From Guillardia theta CCMP2712 (lineage: Eukaryota; Protista; Cryptophyta), in assembly GCF_000315625.1 (NCBI RefSeq), contig NW_005434597.1, forward strand, positions 46,924-110,923: DNA of 64,000 bases. Direction: 5' to 3'. The translations under genes and the position numbers were made by a program. The notes under the pieces are model-generated. The model was given only the letters and a program-made list of their open reading frames with translations, was not told the DNA's origin and did not search any database. Below are positions 63,420 to 64,000 of this stretch, piece after piece. Position 1 is the stretch's first letter. Every line of letters begins with the position of its first letter.

Positions 63420-64000
63420 GGCGAAACAGGGTAGGGGTACATTGAGCGGGGGTCAGGGTGGGGGCAATTTCAAAGAGGGGTCTAATTCCTTGTAAACAGG
63501 GGGTAGTCTGTGATAGAGAGGGGGTAGTGGGGTGGTAGTACCGTGGGAGAATCATGGGGTAGACATGGAGATGATGAGGGGGGCCCGGTGAAGGAGGTGA
63601 TAATAAATAAGGAGGAAAAGAGGAGGGGAACAAACTTAGGGCTAGTGGGTAGGTGGTTTGATTCGATTGGAGGGGTGGTGATTACCAACACTGGCTAACG
63701 GGACGAGGGCGGGTTGGTAAAGTGGGTTCGGTGGGTGGGGTAGGTGGTGTGGGGTGGGTCTTTTCATCAGGGAAAGACGGGGGTGAAATGTAGTGTCTAT
63801 TTTAATGATGTTTCGCCGGATAAATACAACTCATGGGAGATTATTGACTGAAAAATTGAGGACTTTTCCCCAAGAAAACTTGAGGAGCAACAAGTTGGCG
63901 TGGCAGTAGGGTAGAACATTATTAGGCGCCACGCCCGGCCGGGCCAATCACTGAGTGAAACTTGAAACTTGAAACGGTTGAACCGGCCGCGGGCGGGGGT
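63420..64000. other. G-rich GGGGTA tract followed by the start of GC island 4 (63925-64000)
   Basis: Composition; cccggccgggcc and cactgagt words at the window end. Confidence 0.5.

Overview
This is eukaryotic nuclear DNA, gene-dense with many short (~45-60 nt) GT-AG introns and bipartite signal+transit peptides. That style fits a cryptophyte such as Guillardia theta, but the taxon is inferred. The left ~14.4 kb is a retroelement nest. It starts with a CRE-like non-LTR retrotransposon (RT + CCHC zinc knuckle + restriction-like endonuclease). About 4.5 kb of scrambled, both-orientation fragments of that element's 3' end follow. A full-length chromodomain-bearing Ty3/Gypsy element (492-493 bp LTRs, ACCGG TSD) has inserted into one of these fragments. 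The remaining ~49 kb holds 14 genes that alternate strand perfectly, in this order: hypothetical (+), hypothetical (-), thylakoid-lumen protein (+), tandem GT32 glycosyltransferase (-), MFS sugar transporter (+), GH38 alpha-mannosidase (-), NEK kinase (+), NOL1/NOP2/Sun methyltransferase (-), Mg-chelatase ChlH (+), hypothetical (-), GAF-CNB-RWP-RK transcription factor (+), VCCN/BST-type bestrophin (-), EF-hand-containing FAD monooxygenase (+), and SAM-TKL kinase-ARM protein (-). Head-to-head intergenic regions carry GGGGTA/TACCCC-skewed tracts and recurring GC-rich palindromic islands. There are six assembly gaps. All exon models were spliced by eye, and no database searches were run.
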